Below are positions 18,721 to 28,962 of a DNA stretch of 40,741 bases, piece by piece; positions within the stretch are counted from its first letter, which is position 1, and the number at the start of each line of letters is the position of its first letter. This DNA comes from Elusimicrobiota bacterium (GTDB taxonomy: Bacteria; Ratteibacteria; UBA8468; B48-G9; JAFGKM01). The position numbers and the translations under genes were made by a program. The stretch lies in contig JAAYXZ010000019.1 of the NCBI GenBank assembly GCA_012515635.1, positions 1-40,741 on the forward strand, written 5' to 3'. The notes below the pieces were generated by a model that saw only the letters and a list, made by a program, of their open reading frames with translations, ran no database searches and was not told the origin of the DNA.

Positions 18721-19740
18721 ATGGATATACTATACATAACAAAACAGGATTGGGACAATTTTATTCAAGGGAAGGCGGAGAGTGTTGATATCTTCGCTCC
18801 TTTTGAACAGGACGGTAGATTGCTTTACGGGAAGGTCTCGCCTGAGAATAAACAAGAGATTGTCTATAACAGAGTACGGACTGTGGAGCCGCTTAAGATG
18901 TTTTTTGTTCCGCTTAAGGAGAGAGTTGTGCCTGATGCGCAGGAGATTCCGGAGAGAGTTATTATGGGGGTGACTAACTGCGATATGAGCGGGCTTAAGA
19001 TTCTTGATAAGGTGTTCCGTGACGGTGAATATAAAGCCCCTAACTATGCGGAGCGCAGAGCAAAGACGCTCATTATAAGCGCAGATTGTCTTTCGCCCTA
19101 TCCTTCCTGTTTTTGTGAAATTGTGGGGACGCATCCATACTCCGAAGAGGGGTTTGATTTGAATATATCTCTGCTTGGGGATGGTGTTCTTGTAGATGTA
19201 GGGTCTGAAAAGGGGCGTTCTTTCATAGGGGGCGACCAGAAATTTTTTCAGGCAAGCAAGGAACAGATAGACCAGAGAGAGAACAACAGGCAAAAGACAT
19301 CTGAAAAGATAAGAGAGGCGAACAGGGAGTTTGACCTTACGGATATTAGGAAGAGGATGAGAGGGGCGTACCATACAGAGATTTGGAGAATGCCTAAGGA
19401 TATAGAAAATTGTGTGCAATGCGGGAGTTGCACAAATACTTGTCCAACATGTGTCTGTTTTTTACTTGAAGACACAGGGGAGCAGGGGCAGACGACGAAA
19501 GGCAAGGTTTGGGATAGTTGTCTTTTTCCCGGGTATGCGCGTATGGCTGCGGGGGCTTCCCCAAGACCTACGCTTTATGACAGATATGCAAACCGATTGC
19601 TCTGTAAATACTGGTATATGGTGGAACATTTCGGATTGTTTGGTTGCACAGGATGCGGAAGATGTATTGCCGGGTGTGCCGGTAAGATTGACAAGAGAAA
19701 AGTTCTTACAGAGGTGTTAAGAGAGAGGCAGCAGATATAA
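18721..19740 (+). CDS. HydB/AsrA-like iron-sulfur subunit (2x[4Fe-4S])
   Basis: CVQCGSCTNTCPTC and CTGCGRCIAGC ferredoxin motifs. Its size and its pairing with the following FAD/NAD subunit resemble sulfhydrogenase beta or anaerobic sulfite reductase A. Confidence 0.7.
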   Translation: MDILYITKQDWDNFIQGKAESVDIFAPFEQDGRLLYGKVSPENKQEIVYNRVRTVEPLKMFFVPLKERVVPDAQEIPERVIMGVTNCDMSGLKILDKVFRDGEYKAPNYAERRAKTLIISADCLSPYPSCFCEIVGTHPYSEEGFDLNISLLGDGVLVDVGSEKGRSFIGGDQKFFQASKEQIDQRENNRQKTSEKIREANREFDLTDIRKRMRGAYHTEIWRMPKDIENCVQCGSCTNTCPTCVCFLLEDTGEQGQTTKGKVWDSCLFPGYARMAAGASPRPTLYDRYANRLLCKYWYMVEHFGLFGCTGCGRCIAGCAGKIDKRKVLTEVLRERQQI

Positions 19741-19744
19741 TAAA

Positions 19745-20575
19745 ATGGATAAAAATATATATAAACCGATAAGATGTGAGGTAAAGGAAGTTATTACGGA
19801 ATCGCCGACAATAAAAACTGTTGTTCTTAAACCGGAAGAAGAGTTTTCTTTTCTTGCGGGACAGTTTGCGTTACTGACGGTGCATGGGGTGGGAGAGGCG
19901 CCGTTTACCCCGTCATCTTCGCCTTATGACAAGGAAAAACTTGAATTTACCGTGATGAAGACGGGGAGAGTGACAGATGCAATACATAACCTTAAACCGG
20001 GGGATATCGTGGGTGTCCGCGGACCGTATGGCAAACCATATCCTCTGGACCTTTATAAGGGGAAAGAGGTTCTTCTCGTAGGTGGCGGAGTGGGGCTTGC
20101 TCCTATCAGGGCTTTGTTTTTGGCTTTGATGGAGACGGCGGATAAGTATAAAAGGGTTGTCTTTTGCTGTGGAGCGAAGACCCCTCAGGATTACATATAT
20201 AAAGACCAGATTTTTGATAAGTGGCAGAATCTTTGCGAGCAAAACCCGTTATGTTTCAGGATAACCGTGGATAAGAAGGATGAACAATGGAGATATGACG
20301 AGGGGGTAGTGACAAAAGCGTTAGATGGTCTTGATGTTGATATAAGCAACTCTGTTGCGGTAGTTTGCGGGCCGCCAATAATGATGAAGTTCACAACACT
20401 AAAACTTTTGGAGTTGGGTTATAAAGACCATCAGATATACCTTTCAATGGAAAGGAAGATGTATTGCGCTGTAGGGCAATGCAGGCATTGCCTTATAGGC
20501 GATTTGTATGTTTGCAAGGATGGTCCTGTCTTTACCTATGATGTGATTAAAGGTAAGCCGAATATATGGGTATAA
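19745..20575 (+). CDS. HydG/AsrB/PyrK-like FAD/NAD(P)-binding subunit with C-terminal [2Fe-2S]
   Basis: FNR-like fold: PFTPSS (flavin), LLVGGGVGLAPI (NAD(P) binding), and C-terminal CAVGQCRHC...C. Confidence 0.75.
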   Translation: MDKNIYKPIRCEVKEVITESPTIKTVVLKPEEEFSFLAGQFALLTVHGVGEAPFTPSSSPYDKEKLEFTVMKTGRVTDAIHNLKPGDIVGVRGPYGKPYPLDLYKGKEVLLVGGGVGLAPIRALFLALMETADKYKRVVFCCGAKTPQDYIYKDQIFDKWQNLCEQNPLCFRITVDKKDEQWRYDEGVVTKALDGLDVDISNSVAVVCGPPIMMKFTTLKLLELGYKDHQIYLSMERKMYCAVGQCRHCLIGDLYVCKDGPVFTYDVIKGKPNIWV

Positions 20576-20664
20576 AAAAAGATAGGAAGATGTTGCGGGA
20601 AAATTACAGGTTAAAGGAGTTTTCCTAATAGCGTTATCTATAAAAATTGCGATGAGTTAACACT

Positions 20665-21156
20665 ATGAAAAAACTATTTATTGATTATGATAAGTTTTTG
20701 AGTATTCCCGATGAGGAACTTCAGTGCAGTTATAAGATGCACCCGACAAACAACGGAATACTTACTTTAAGAGAAGAGATTGCTTTTCTCTTTGCCTGTA
20801 GAAGGTGCGAGGATTATCCCTGCGTGAATAGTTGCCCTACAGGCGCGCTTAAGAAAGAAGAAGGTCTTATTAAACGTTCTAATGTTGTCTGCATCTCTTG
20901 CAAGACCTGCTCCCTTGCCTGTCCTTTCGGAACCATACTGCAGGAGTTGTTGCCGTATCTTGTGAGCAGATGCGATATCTGTATAGGGCGGTTAAGGGAA
21001 GGGGAAGAACCTCTTTGCGTCCGCACATGTAAAAACGGGGCAGTAAAGTATCTGGATGAAGATGAGATTAAGGATAAAACAAATATCTATACTATTGGGG
21101 ATCGTATAGTGGTCAGGGTCTTTAACTGGCTAAAAGAATACGGGATAAAAAAATGA
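20665..21156 (+). CDS. HycB/HyfA-like polyferredoxin electron-transfer subunit
   Basis: CRRCEDYPCVNSCP, CISCKTCSLACP, and CDIC....CVRTC. It overlaps the next gene by 4 nt. Confidence 0.75.
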   Translation: MKKLFIDYDKFLSIPDEELQCSYKMHPTNNGILTLREEIAFLFACRRCEDYPCVNSCPTGALKKEEGLIKRSNVVCISCKTCSLACPFGTILQELLPYLVSRCDICIGRLREGEEPLCVRTCKNGAVKYLDEDEIKDKTNIYTIGDRIVVRVFNWLKEYGIKK

Positions 21157-22082
21157 AAATTTTTTATATACTCTTGTATTTTGTTGCGGCGCTTCTGTCG
21201 TTCAGCATTTATGGAATGCTTGCGATGTGGGTGGACAGAAAAGTTACCGCGCGAATACATTTTAGGGTGGGGCCTCCATGGTATCAGAACTTTGTGGATT
21301 TCATAAAACTTACAGGTAAAGAGGTCCTGATACCTGAGAAGGCGAATGTGCTTATGTTTGTTTCGGCTCCTGTGTTGGGGGTGATTGCTGCAGCGGTAGC
21401 GGGGACAACAATACTTCTGGTTTTGCAAAACAATATCAGTTTTGCCGCAGATGCAATACTTGTTATTTATCTTCTGACGATTCCTTCATTGGCTGTTATA
21501 CTTGGCGGCAGCGCTTCAGGTAATGTTTTGGCGTCGGTAGGCATTAGCAGGGAGATGAAACTGTTGCTTGGCTACGAACTGCCGTTTGTATGCGCTCTGA
21601 TTATTGCGGCAGTGAAAAGCGGTTCAACGACATCTTTGGGAGAGATTATACAATTCCAGCAGCAAAACGGGAAACTCATCGGCTCTCTTTCAGGTGTTAT
21701 TGGGTTTGGTCTTGGCGTTTTGGCATTGCAGGGCAAAATCGGTTTTGTGCCGTTTGACCTTGCTGAAGCGGAAGGGGAGTTGGCAGGCGGCTCATTTATT
21801 GAGTATTCGGGCATACTGCTTGGCTTGTATAAACTTACTAAGGCAATTTTGCTTGTTGTGGGGCCGTTGTTTCTTATCTCTTTGTATATGGGCGGGATAA
21901 ACTTTTCTTCTGTAGCGGGGGTTATTGCGGGATTATTGAAATATTTTGTTATACTGGTGATTTTTATTCTTATAAAAAACACCAATCCCCGCCTTAGGAT
22001 AGACCAGGCGTTGAAATTGTTTTGGGGATGGCTTACTTTGTTCGGCATAATAGGGATATTGTTGGCTTTAGCAGGATGGTGA
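21153..22082 (+). CDS. NuoH/HycD/MbhM-like membrane subunit
   Basis: Polytopic 309 aa. Motifs MWVDRKV.ARIHFR.GP and FVPFDLAEAEGEL are hallmarks of the NuoH family. Confidence 0.85.
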   Translation: MKIFYILLYFVAALLSFSIYGMLAMWVDRKVTARIHFRVGPPWYQNFVDFIKLTGKEVLIPEKANVLMFVSAPVLGVIAAAVAGTTILLVLQNNISFAADAILVIYLLTIPSLAVILGGSASGNVLASVGISREMKLLLGYELPFVCALIIAAVKSGSTTSLGEIIQFQQQNGKLIGSLSGVIGFGLGVLALQGKIGFVPFDLAEAEGELAGGSFIEYSGILLGLYKLTKAILLVVGPLFLISLYMGGINFSSVAGVIAGLLKYFVILVIFILIKNTNPRLRIDQALKLFWGWLTLFGIIGILLALAGW

Positions 22083-22086
22083 AAAA

Positions 22087-22503
22087 ATGAACTTGAAAAC
22101 GAAAGCGTTAAAAAAATCATTGTGGGTGTACCATATGTCGGGAGGGTCTTGCAATAATTGCGATATAGAGATACTGGATTGCCTGACGCCTAAATTTGAC
22201 CTTGAACGGTTTGGCATAGTGCTTGTAGGAAGCCCGAGGCATGCGGATGTGTTGCTATGCACGGGTATAGTTAATAAAAAATGTGTAGAGAGGGTGAAAG
22301 AGGTTTATGAGCAGACAGCCAAGCCCTGTGTGGTGGTGGCAATCGGCGCTTGCGCTTGTTCGGGGGGTATGTTCAGGGATAGTTATGAGATGGGCGGACC
22401 GTTGAATAAAATTATACCGGTGGATATCTATATTCCAGGGTGTCCGCCTAAACCGGAGGCAATGATTGCAGGGATAGTTAAAGTTCTGGAGAAACTGAAA
22501 TGA
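22087..22503 (+). CDS. group-4 [NiFe] hydrogenase small subunit (NuoB/HycG/MbhJ-like)
   Basis: Cys ligands for the proximal cluster: GSCNNCDIE, GACACSGG, and PGCPPKPE. Confidence 0.9.
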   Translation: MNLKTKALKKSLWVYHMSGGSCNNCDIEILDCLTPKFDLERFGIVLVGSPRHADVLLCTGIVNKKCVERVKEVYEQTAKPCVVVAIGACACSGGMFRDSYEMGGPLNKIIPVDIYIPGCPPKPEAMIAGIVKVLEKLK

Positions 22504-22937
22504 AAGATATCATAGGAAGGATTCAGAGTAAACTGGGAGATAGAGGAAAAGATATAAAAGAACAGACCAACAATCGGGTGTATGTCTCTGTGGATAGAAA
22601 AAATATAAAAGAATGCGCAAAGATATTGTTTGAAGATATGGATGCCAGATATATTGTGGCTTCAGGTATGGAGAACTTTGATAGTTTTGAGATTCTGTAC
22701 CATTTCGGGTTTGACAAGGAAAGCGCTATTGTTTCGCTCAGAGTGTATCTTGACAAGGATAATCCTGAGATAGATACATTGACGGATATTATTCCGGGTA
22801 TCTCCTATATTGAGCGCGAGATGTGGGAATTGTTGGGGATAAACTTTAAAGGGCATCCGAATATGAAACATTTTCTGTTAGGAGATGACTGGGAAAAGGG
22901 GAATTATCCGTTAAGGAAGGATAAATATGAAAAATAA
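22500..22937 (+). CDS. NuoC/MbhK-like 30-kDa-type subunit
   Basis: 145 aa. IEREMWELLGI.F.GHP is the NuoC signature. It is a separate gene here, not fused to the large subunit. Confidence 0.85.
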   Translation: MKDIIGRIQSKLGDRGKDIKEQTNNRVYVSVDRKNIKECAKILFEDMDARYIVASGMENFDSFEILYHFGFDKESAIVSLRVYLDKDNPEIDTLTDIIPGISYIEREMWELLGINFKGHPNMKHFLLGDDWEKGNYPLRKDKYEK

Positions 22938-24123
22938 CAAAAAAACGGTTATTGTTCCGATAGGTCCCTACCATCCGCTTCTGGAGGAGCCGGAGTTTTT
23001 TGCTCTGTATTGCGACGGGGAAAAGATAGTGGATGTGGAGTGGCAGGCGGGCTATAATCATCGAGGGATAGAAAAACTGTCGGAGAGTAAACACTGGGAC
23101 CAGGTAACATTTTTGGTTGAAAGGATTTGCGGAATATGTTCCACTTCTCATCCTTTTGCATATTGTAATACCATAGAAAACTTGATAGGAATGACTATTC
23201 CTGAAAGGGCAAAGTACATAAGAAGCATTATCGGGGAGTTGGAGCGCATACACAGTCATCTTTTGTGGATGGGGCTTGCAGGACATTTCCTCGGTTATAA
23301 TACGGTGTTTATGTGGGCTTGGAAATATAGGGAGCCGGTATTGGACCTCTTTGAAATTATCAGCGGGAACAGAAACCATTATGCGATGTTCAAGATAGGC
23401 GGTGTAAGAAGAAATATAGAGAATGAGGATATTCCCAAGATAAGAAAGATGCTTGCTGAAATTAAAGGGCAGTTAGAGATGTTGATAGGCGCTGTTCTTG
23501 ATGACCCTGTGCTGACGGCGCGTTTGAAAAATGTGGGAGTCCTTACAAAACAGGATATAAAAAACTTTGGCTCGGTGGGACCTGTTGCAAGGGCAAGCGG
23601 AGTTGATGTGGATGTCAGGCGAGATGAGCCGTATGCGGCATATCCTCTTGTGGAATGGAGCGTTATAACCGCTAAAAACGGGGATGTGCTTGATAAGGCG
23701 GTTGTGCGGCTTTCAGAGTGTCTGGAGGCGGTTAAAATTATAACCCAGTGCCTTGACGCTATTGAAGGAAAGGCGGGGGAGATAGGCGAGGAGGTCAGGA
23801 GAGTGCCTGAAGGCGAAGGGATAGGCAGGCATGAGGCGCCGAGGGGCGAGTGCTTCCATTATATACGAAGTGATGGCGCGAATAGTCCTGTAAGACATAA
23901 GATTCGCGCGCCAAGTTATACAAATGTCCCTACATTCAAGGCGAGTTGTATTGGACAGACCATATCCGATGTCGCTATTATTTTAGCGGGGGTTGACCCT
24001 TGTTATTGCTGTACGGAGAGAGTGGCGGTTTATGATGCGGGAAAAAAGAAAAAACTTTATGATTTTCAGCATCTTGTAGAACTGTCAAAACAGAAGACGG
24101 AGAGGATTAGGAAAGAGATATAA
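22927..24123 (+). CDS. group-4 [NiFe] hydrogenase large (catalytic) subunit (NuoD/HycE/MbhL-like)
   Basis: N-terminal Ni-Fe motif RICGICSTSH and C-terminal DPCYCCTER. A 33-aa tail follows (VAVYDAGKKKKLYDF...), like the cleavable HycE extension. Confidence 0.92.
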   Translation: MKNNKKTVIVPIGPYHPLLEEPEFFALYCDGEKIVDVEWQAGYNHRGIEKLSESKHWDQVTFLVERICGICSTSHPFAYCNTIENLIGMTIPERAKYIRSIIGELERIHSHLLWMGLAGHFLGYNTVFMWAWKYREPVLDLFEIISGNRNHYAMFKIGGVRRNIENEDIPKIRKMLAEIKGQLEMLIGAVLDDPVLTARLKNVGVLTKQDIKNFGSVGPVARASGVDVDVRRDEPYAAYPLVEWSVITAKNGDVLDKAVVRLSECLEAVKIITQCLDAIEGKAGEIGEEVRRVPEGEGIGRHEAPRGECFHYIRSDGANSPVRHKIRAPSYTNVPTFKASCIGQTISDVAIILAGVDPCYCCTERVAVYDAGKKKKLYDFQHLVELSKQKTERIRKEI

Positions 24124-24125
24124 AA

Positions 24126-24743
24126 ATGAAGAAACCGAAGATACGTGAATTGAAAGAGGCGGTAAAAGGGATTTTTTCCAGACCGTATACAACGAAGTTC
24201 CCTTATCAACCGCATACACCGCCCCCGAGGTACAGGGGAAAGCCGGAGTATTATGAAGAAGGGTGTGTCGGTTGCGGGGCATGTTTTCAGGTATGTTCGG
24301 CAAATGCGATTGATATGATAGATAATACAGAAAAGGGCAATCCAATCAGAACCCTTATACAGCATCCGTCAAAGTGTATCTTCTGCAGGGAGTGCGAAAG
24401 AAATTGTATAACAGGCGAGGGGATTAAATTGACCCAAAGGTTTGATATCGCCTATGTAGACGAAGAAGATGTTCTCAGTTCCGTGAAGCATAAACTGATT
24501 ACCTGCCTGTATTGCGGGACGGTTATAGGAACAGAAAAACATCTGCGATGGGTATTGAAGCGTATTGGGAATTTAGGGTTTGCGCAGCCGGTTCTTCTTT
24601 CGCAACTTATGGAAGAACTGCAAGTCAAGACAGAATATGAGGAAAAAGGTGTTCCGCCTATCCAGAGAACGGATATGCTTAAGGTGGTGTGTCCAAAATG
24701 CAGGCGGATTGCTTTTATAAGCGATGAGAAAAAGGAAAAATAG
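24126..24743 (+). CDS. NuoI/HycF-like 2x[4Fe-4S] subunit with Cys-pair C-terminal tail
   Basis: CVGCGACFQVC and CIFCRECERNC. An extra CLYCG...CPKCRR tail resembles E. coli HycF as I recall it. Confidence 0.85.
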   Translation: MKKPKIRELKEAVKGIFSRPYTTKFPYQPHTPPPRYRGKPEYYEEGCVGCGACFQVCSANAIDMIDNTEKGNPIRTLIQHPSKCIFCRECERNCITGEGIKLTQRFDIAYVDEEDVLSSVKHKLITCLYCGTVIGTEKHLRWVLKRIGNLGFAQPVLLSQLMEELQVKTEYEEKGVPPIQRTDMLKVVCPKCRRIAFISDEKKEK

Positions 24744-24748
24744 ATAAA

Positions 24749-26113
24749 ATGTTCTTGAATAACATATTATTTTGGATAATTGCAACGCCGTTTTTAGCGG
24801 CGTTTGCAGTAAAACTTTTGCCTGTAAGGGTTGCGATTAAGGCAGGGATGTTGTTTCTGTTAGCGCAACTTACGCTCTGCGGTGTTATTGCGGCGCCTGT
24901 ATTCTCCTCCAAGGTCTTATATCTCGTGATAAAAAACATATTTTTTGTCGCTGACCCGTTAAGTTTTGTGTTCGGGATAACATCTGTTTTTATCGGTGTT
25001 TTCATATATCTTTTTGCGGTAGGTTATTTTGCGGAAGAGGCGCCTCGTGAACAGCAAAAATTTGCTTTCTGGGGGCTTGTCTTTGTGGGGAGCATGATGG
25101 GGGTTGTCTTCTCTGATAATCTTATCTCCTTATATTTTTTCTGGGAACTGGCAGGGTTGTGTTCGTGGAGATTGATTGGGTTTTATAGAAAAGATGAGCA
25201 TCTTCTTAAAGCGGATAAGGCGTTTCTGATAACCTCTGCCGGAGCGGGTTTTATGCTTTTGGGGTTTGCGTATATATATATTATTACAGGGTCTATGAGC
25301 ATCTCGCAGATAATGAATATGCAGGTGTCCCCGTTTGTTTTTGCTCTGGTTTTTCTTGGGGTCTTGACAAAGTCGGCTACACTCCCATTCCATACATGGT
25401 TGCCGGACGCATCGGTGGCTCCTACGCCTGTAACTTCGTTTTTGCATGCCGCTGTTCTGGTGAAGATAGGGGTGTATGGGTTGGCGCGTTTGTTCGGAAC
25501 AACATTAATTGTGTCAGGGAATGTTATGTGGGCGGGGTATCTTGCGCTCTTGAGTAGTTTTGCCGCAGGGGTTATCGCTATGAGAGAAACGGATATTAAA
25601 AGGATTCTCGCTTTTTCTACTGTAAGTCAACTGGGGTTTATGGTGGCGGGTCTTATGGTTTTTAATCCGATTGCCACGCGCGGGGTAGTGATTTTCTATG
25701 TAGCGCATGCCTTAGGTAAGGGGTGTCTGTTTCTCTGCGCAGGGATAATAGAGAAATTTTTTGGGACGAAGGATATAAAACAGATGGGCGGACTGATGAA
25801 AAAAGCCCCGTTGCTTACTTACGCGTTTCTTTTTAGCATGCTCTCTGTTGCAGGTTTTCCGCCGCTGCCCGGGTTTTATGGGAAACTGGAGACAATTACA
25901 GGGATGCTTGTTGGAGGGCATGTGTTTTATGGGTTGTTTGCAATACTGACATCTGCGTTGACGCTTATGTATATGATGCGTCTTTTCAGTAATGTGTTTA
26001 TGGGTGACGGAATGGAGATAAAGACCGAAAGAAAGGGTTTCGCTCCTATGGGGGTTGCGGCGGTATTGTTGGCAACCTCTTCACTGGTCTTGGGCGTTAT
26101 GCTTGTGTTGTAA
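24749..26113 (+). CDS. NuoM/N / MrpD / MbhH-like antiporter-type membrane subunit (copy 1)
   Basis: 454-aa polytopic protein with WLPDA..APTPVS..LHAA..VK.G.Y and STVSQLG motifs. Confidence 0.85.
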   Translation: MFLNNILFWIIATPFLAAFAVKLLPVRVAIKAGMLFLLAQLTLCGVIAAPVFSSKVLYLVIKNIFFVADPLSFVFGITSVFIGVFIYLFAVGYFAEEAPREQQKFAFWGLVFVGSMMGVVFSDNLISLYFFWELAGLCSWRLIGFYRKDEHLLKADKAFLITSAGAGFMLLGFAYIYIITGSMSISQIMNMQVSPFVFALVFLGVLTKSATLPFHTWLPDASVAPTPVTSFLHAAVLVKIGVYGLARLFGTTLIVSGNVMWAGYLALLSSFAAGVIAMRETDIKRILAFSTVSQLGFMVAGLMVFNPIATRGVVIFYVAHALGKGCLFLCAGIIEKFFGTKDIKQMGGLMKKAPLLTYAFLFSMLSVAGFPPLPGFYGKLETITGMLVGGHVFYGLFAILTSALTLMYMMRLFSNVFMGDGMEIKTERKGFAPMGVAAVLLATSSLVLGVMLVL

Positions 26114-26139
26114 AGAACAAAGTATCGGGAGGGAGTAAG

Positions 26140-27966
26140 TTGAATATAAATGTATGGTTTCTGCCTGTGGTTATAAGTTTCGGGATAGCCCTTGTCCATA
26201 TTATTTTTAAGAGGGCGGGGAGAAATGTAAGGAGATGGATATCTCTTATAGGGGCTATTGGAGCGCTTGGGGCATGCCTGTATTCAATGTTTATTAATTA
26301 CAATGTCCTTTCCAGCGGGGAGATTCTTGGGCTTGTCTTTGCGGCGCTGATATCTTTCATCGGGCTTTTCAGCATCTCTTATTCTCAGTGGTATAACCCC
26401 GAAGCCAATTTTGTATATGACGGGCTGTTGTTTCTCTTTCTCGGCGGTATGTTTGGGGTGGTGTTGAGCCACTCGCTTATAGCGTTGTATATATACTGGG
26501 AGATAATGACTGTCGCAAGTTTTTTCCTTATTCTCTTTAAAGATACACAAGAGTCAAGAAGGGCTTCACTTAAGTATATTGTAATGACAGGTGTCGGCAG
26601 TATGTTCCTTCTTTTTGGCATATTGGGGGCATGGATGGTGGAACTAAATATTCTGTGGAAACACATCTTCTTTGCCTGTGTTTTGATAGGGACAGGGGTT
26701 AAGATGGGATTGTTCCCTCTGCATACTTGGCTTCCCGATGCATATACGGCCGCTCCCACTCCTGCCTCCGCGATGTTTTCAGGGGTTATGGTCAAGACAG
26801 GGATTTATACGCTTATAAGGTTTTATTTTGCAATATTTCAGCCATCCTGGTCTCTGGGCTGGGATGCGATAATGATGGTGATAGGTGTTATTACGCTTTT
26901 GGGCGGTGTGTTTTTGGCGCTTATCCAGCATGATATAAAGCGGTTGCTTGCATATCACAGCATAAGCCAGATAGGATATATCTTTCTTGGTATTGCCTGC
27001 GGAACTCAGATAGGGCTTGTCGGGGCGCTGTATCATGCGATAAATCACGCAATATTTAAAAGTTTGCTTTTCCTTGGCGCCGGTGTGCTAATTAAGGAGA
27101 CGGGGTCAAGAAACTTAGAGGATTATGGCGGACTTGCAGGTAAATTGCCGTTGACCTTCGGGGTGATGACTGTTGCCGCTCTCTCTATATCGGGAGTGCC
27201 GCCGTTCAATGGGTTTGTGTCAAAATGGATTATATTTCAGGCGTTGCTTGCAAAAAACACAGGATTTTCTGTCTTTGCGCTTGTTGCGGCGTTGTTAGGG
27301 AGTGTGTTGACTCTCGCCTCTTTCATAAAAGTGCTTAATGACTCTTTTATGGGTGTTCGTAAAGCGAAGGTGTCTGTTCCAACGGTAGGAAAATCTCCTT
27401 TTATGAGTATTCCGTTGGTCTTGCTTGCTGTCGGGTGCTTGTTGTTCGGGGTTTTCCCCGGGTTTGTTACGGAGAGGTTTCTGTTTCCATCTATAGGGGA
27501 ATATCTGTTGTTGAATATATCACTGATAAAAATGGCAAGTTTTTATGGATGGTTAGCCATTTGCTTTATAGCGGTAATCTTTATTTTAAGCAGGAGATGG
27601 ATAAAAGGCGTAAGGAAGACAAGTGTTTTTGTGGGCGGTGAAATTCTGTCTGCGGAAGATACCGCTTTTGACGGGGCTCATTTTTACGGAACGGTGAAAG
27701 ATATTGCTCCCTTAAAGAGGTTTTATTCCGCTGAAGTCAGCGGTATGCTTGATATATACCGGAGGGGGTTGCAGTTCCTTCCCCGCATAGGAAAATGTGT
27801 CAGAGCCGCAACGGTTAATGCTGTGAATGCCGTATATGAGAAAGGGAGTGTTTTTCTGAGCAAGTGGGTGGAGCGGTTGAGGTTATTGCAGAACGGATAT
27901 TTAGCGAAATATCTTATCTGGTTTTTTGCAGGGCTTATAATTATTATGGAGGTTATAAGAAGATGA
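26140..27966 (+). CDS. mrpA: NuoL / MrpA N-terminal / HyfB-like antiporter-type subunit with long C-terminal arm (copy 2)
   Basis: TTG start 4 nt after GGGAGGGAG. WLPDAY.AAPTPASA, HSISQIG, and about 120 C-terminal residues that are largely non-TM and end in one TM helix. Confidence 0.8.
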   Translation: MNINVWFLPVVISFGIALVHIIFKRAGRNVRRWISLIGAIGALGACLYSMFINYNVLSSGEILGLVFAALISFIGLFSISYSQWYNPEANFVYDGLLFLFLGGMFGVVLSHSLIALYIYWEIMTVASFFLILFKDTQESRRASLKYIVMTGVGSMFLLFGILGAWMVELNILWKHIFFACVLIGTGVKMGLFPLHTWLPDAYTAAPTPASAMFSGVMVKTGIYTLIRFYFAIFQPSWSLGWDAIMMVIGVITLLGGVFLALIQHDIKRLLAYHSISQIGYIFLGIACGTQIGLVGALYHAINHAIFKSLLFLGAGVLIKETGSRNLEDYGGLAGKLPLTFGVMTVAALSISGVPPFNGFVSKWIIFQALLAKNTGFSVFALVAALLGSVLTLASFIKVLNDSFMGVRKAKVSVPTVGKSPFMSIPLVLLAVGCLLFGVFPGFVTERFLFPSIGEYLLLNISLIKMASFYGWLAICFIAVIFILSRRWIKGVRKTSVFVGGEILSAEDTAFDGAHFYGTVKDIAPLKRFYSAEVSGMLDIYRRGLQFLPRIGKCVRAATVNAVNAVYEKGSVFLSKWVERLRLLQNGYLAKYLIWFFAGLIIIMEVIRR

Positions 27967-28508
27967 TACTCAATCAGTGGCTGTTGGCTGCGCTAATGCT
28001 TCTTATGGCGGCGGGTTGTGTTATTGCTATTACGGCGCGGAGTTTGACTTCTTCTGTTGTCTCTATGGGAACAGCAGGGCTTATATTAAGTATTCTCTTT
28101 TTGCTTTTAGGTGCGCCGGATATAGCGATAGTGCAGGTTTTTGTGGAGATTGTTGCTTTGATAGTTTTGCTTTCAATTATACGGCGGGAGACAAGAGCAG
28201 ATATGACGACTTCAGGGTTATACGGTATATTGACGCTTGCTATTTTTGCTTTGTTATTAATGATATTTTTCATATACGGGAACGATATAGTGCGGCCTTT
28301 GGGCGTGCCTGTTATCACAATGGGGGGAGAGTATCTTGCATCATCGTCTCGTTTGCTGAGCGCTCCCAATGCTGTTACCTCTATTGTTCTGGACTTTAGG
28401 GGTTATGACACATTGGGGGAGGCAACGGTTATCTTTGTCGCTGTGGCAGGGGTTGTTGTCCTTTTACGAAGGAGAGGGAGGAAAGATGAAAAAAAAGGGG
28501 ATGAGTGA
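27963..28508 (+). CDS. MrpA C-terminal-like / MbhD+MbhE-like membrane subunit
   Basis: DUF4040-like N-terminal half (SVVSMG..G...S..F.LLGAPD.A..Q) and an MnhB-type block NAVTSIVLDFRGYDTLGE. ATG at 27963 follows GGAGG and overlaps the upstream stop (ATGA). Confidence 0.75.
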   Translation: MILNQWLLAALMLLMAAGCVIAITARSLTSSVVSMGTAGLILSILFLLLGAPDIAIVQVFVEIVALIVLLSIIRRETRADMTTSGLYGILTLAIFALLLMIFFIYGNDIVRPLGVPVITMGGEYLASSSRLLSAPNAVTSIVLDFRGYDTLGEATVIFVAVAGVVVLLRRRGRKDEKKGDE

Positions 28509-28962
28509 AATAGTTCAAAGTGTGGCGAAAATGGTGTTCCCCTTTATTGTGCTGTATGGTATCTCTCTTATCCTTTATGGGCATATAACGCCGGGCGGCG
28601 GGTTTGCGGGAGGCGTGATTCTTACGGGTGGATTTGTTTTGCTGGTGCTTGCCTTCGGAACAGATTATGCTTTCAGGATTCTGCCTGTTAATGTTGCAAA
28701 AGCGCTTGATAGTATAGGCGCTTTAGGGTTTCTTGCTGTTGCGTTGCTCGGGTTCACAGGTGGTGCGTTCTTTTATAATTTTCTTCCTAAAGGACACATC
28801 TTTCATCTTTGGAGTTCCGGGACTATAATTATCAGCAATATAATGATAGGGTTGAAGGTTGTTGCCGCTCTTTTTATAGCCATAGCCGTTATCTCTAAAG
28901 CGCGGTTGATACGGACCAAAGACGGGTTTCAATATAAGCAAAGCGGGGAGAGAAAACGATGA
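28486..28962 (+). CDS. mrpB: MrpB/MnhB/MbhF-like subunit
   Basis: LYGH.TPGGGFAGG motif. ATG at 28486 lies behind GGGAGG. Confidence 0.8.
   Translation: MKKKGMSEIVQSVAKMVFPFIVLYGISLILYGHITPGGGFAGGVILTGGFVLLVLAFGTDYAFRILPVNVAKALDSIGALGFLAVALLGFTGGAFFYNFLPKGHIFHLWSSGTIIISNIMIGLKVVAALFIAIAVISKARLIRTKDGFQYKQSGERKR

Noticed and set aside
22927-24123. Possibility of a selenocysteine ([NiFeSe]) or cysteine-depleted (Mbs/Nuo-like) large subunit.
   Set aside because: There is no in-frame TGA, and all four Ni-Fe ligand cysteines are present (CGIC and CYCC). This is a standard [NiFe] site.
24480-24743. C-terminal CLYCG...CPKCRR extension on the NuoI-like subunit, as a possible novel zinc-ribbon add-on.
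   Set aside because: E. coli HycF, as I recall it, has an equivalent C-terminal pair of CxxC motifs. This is most likely a family feature of FHL-type NuoI homologs. It supports an FHL-like core rather than being novel.
27864-27962. Upstream extensions of three ORFs: the MbhD/E-like ORF (27864..27962), the MrpB-like ORF (28369..28485) and the acyltransferase ORF (13968..14036).
   Set aside because: The extended parts overlap the preceding genes in another frame and translate to non-membrane-like junk. Internal ATGs with good Shine-Dalgarno sequences give family-typical N-termini.
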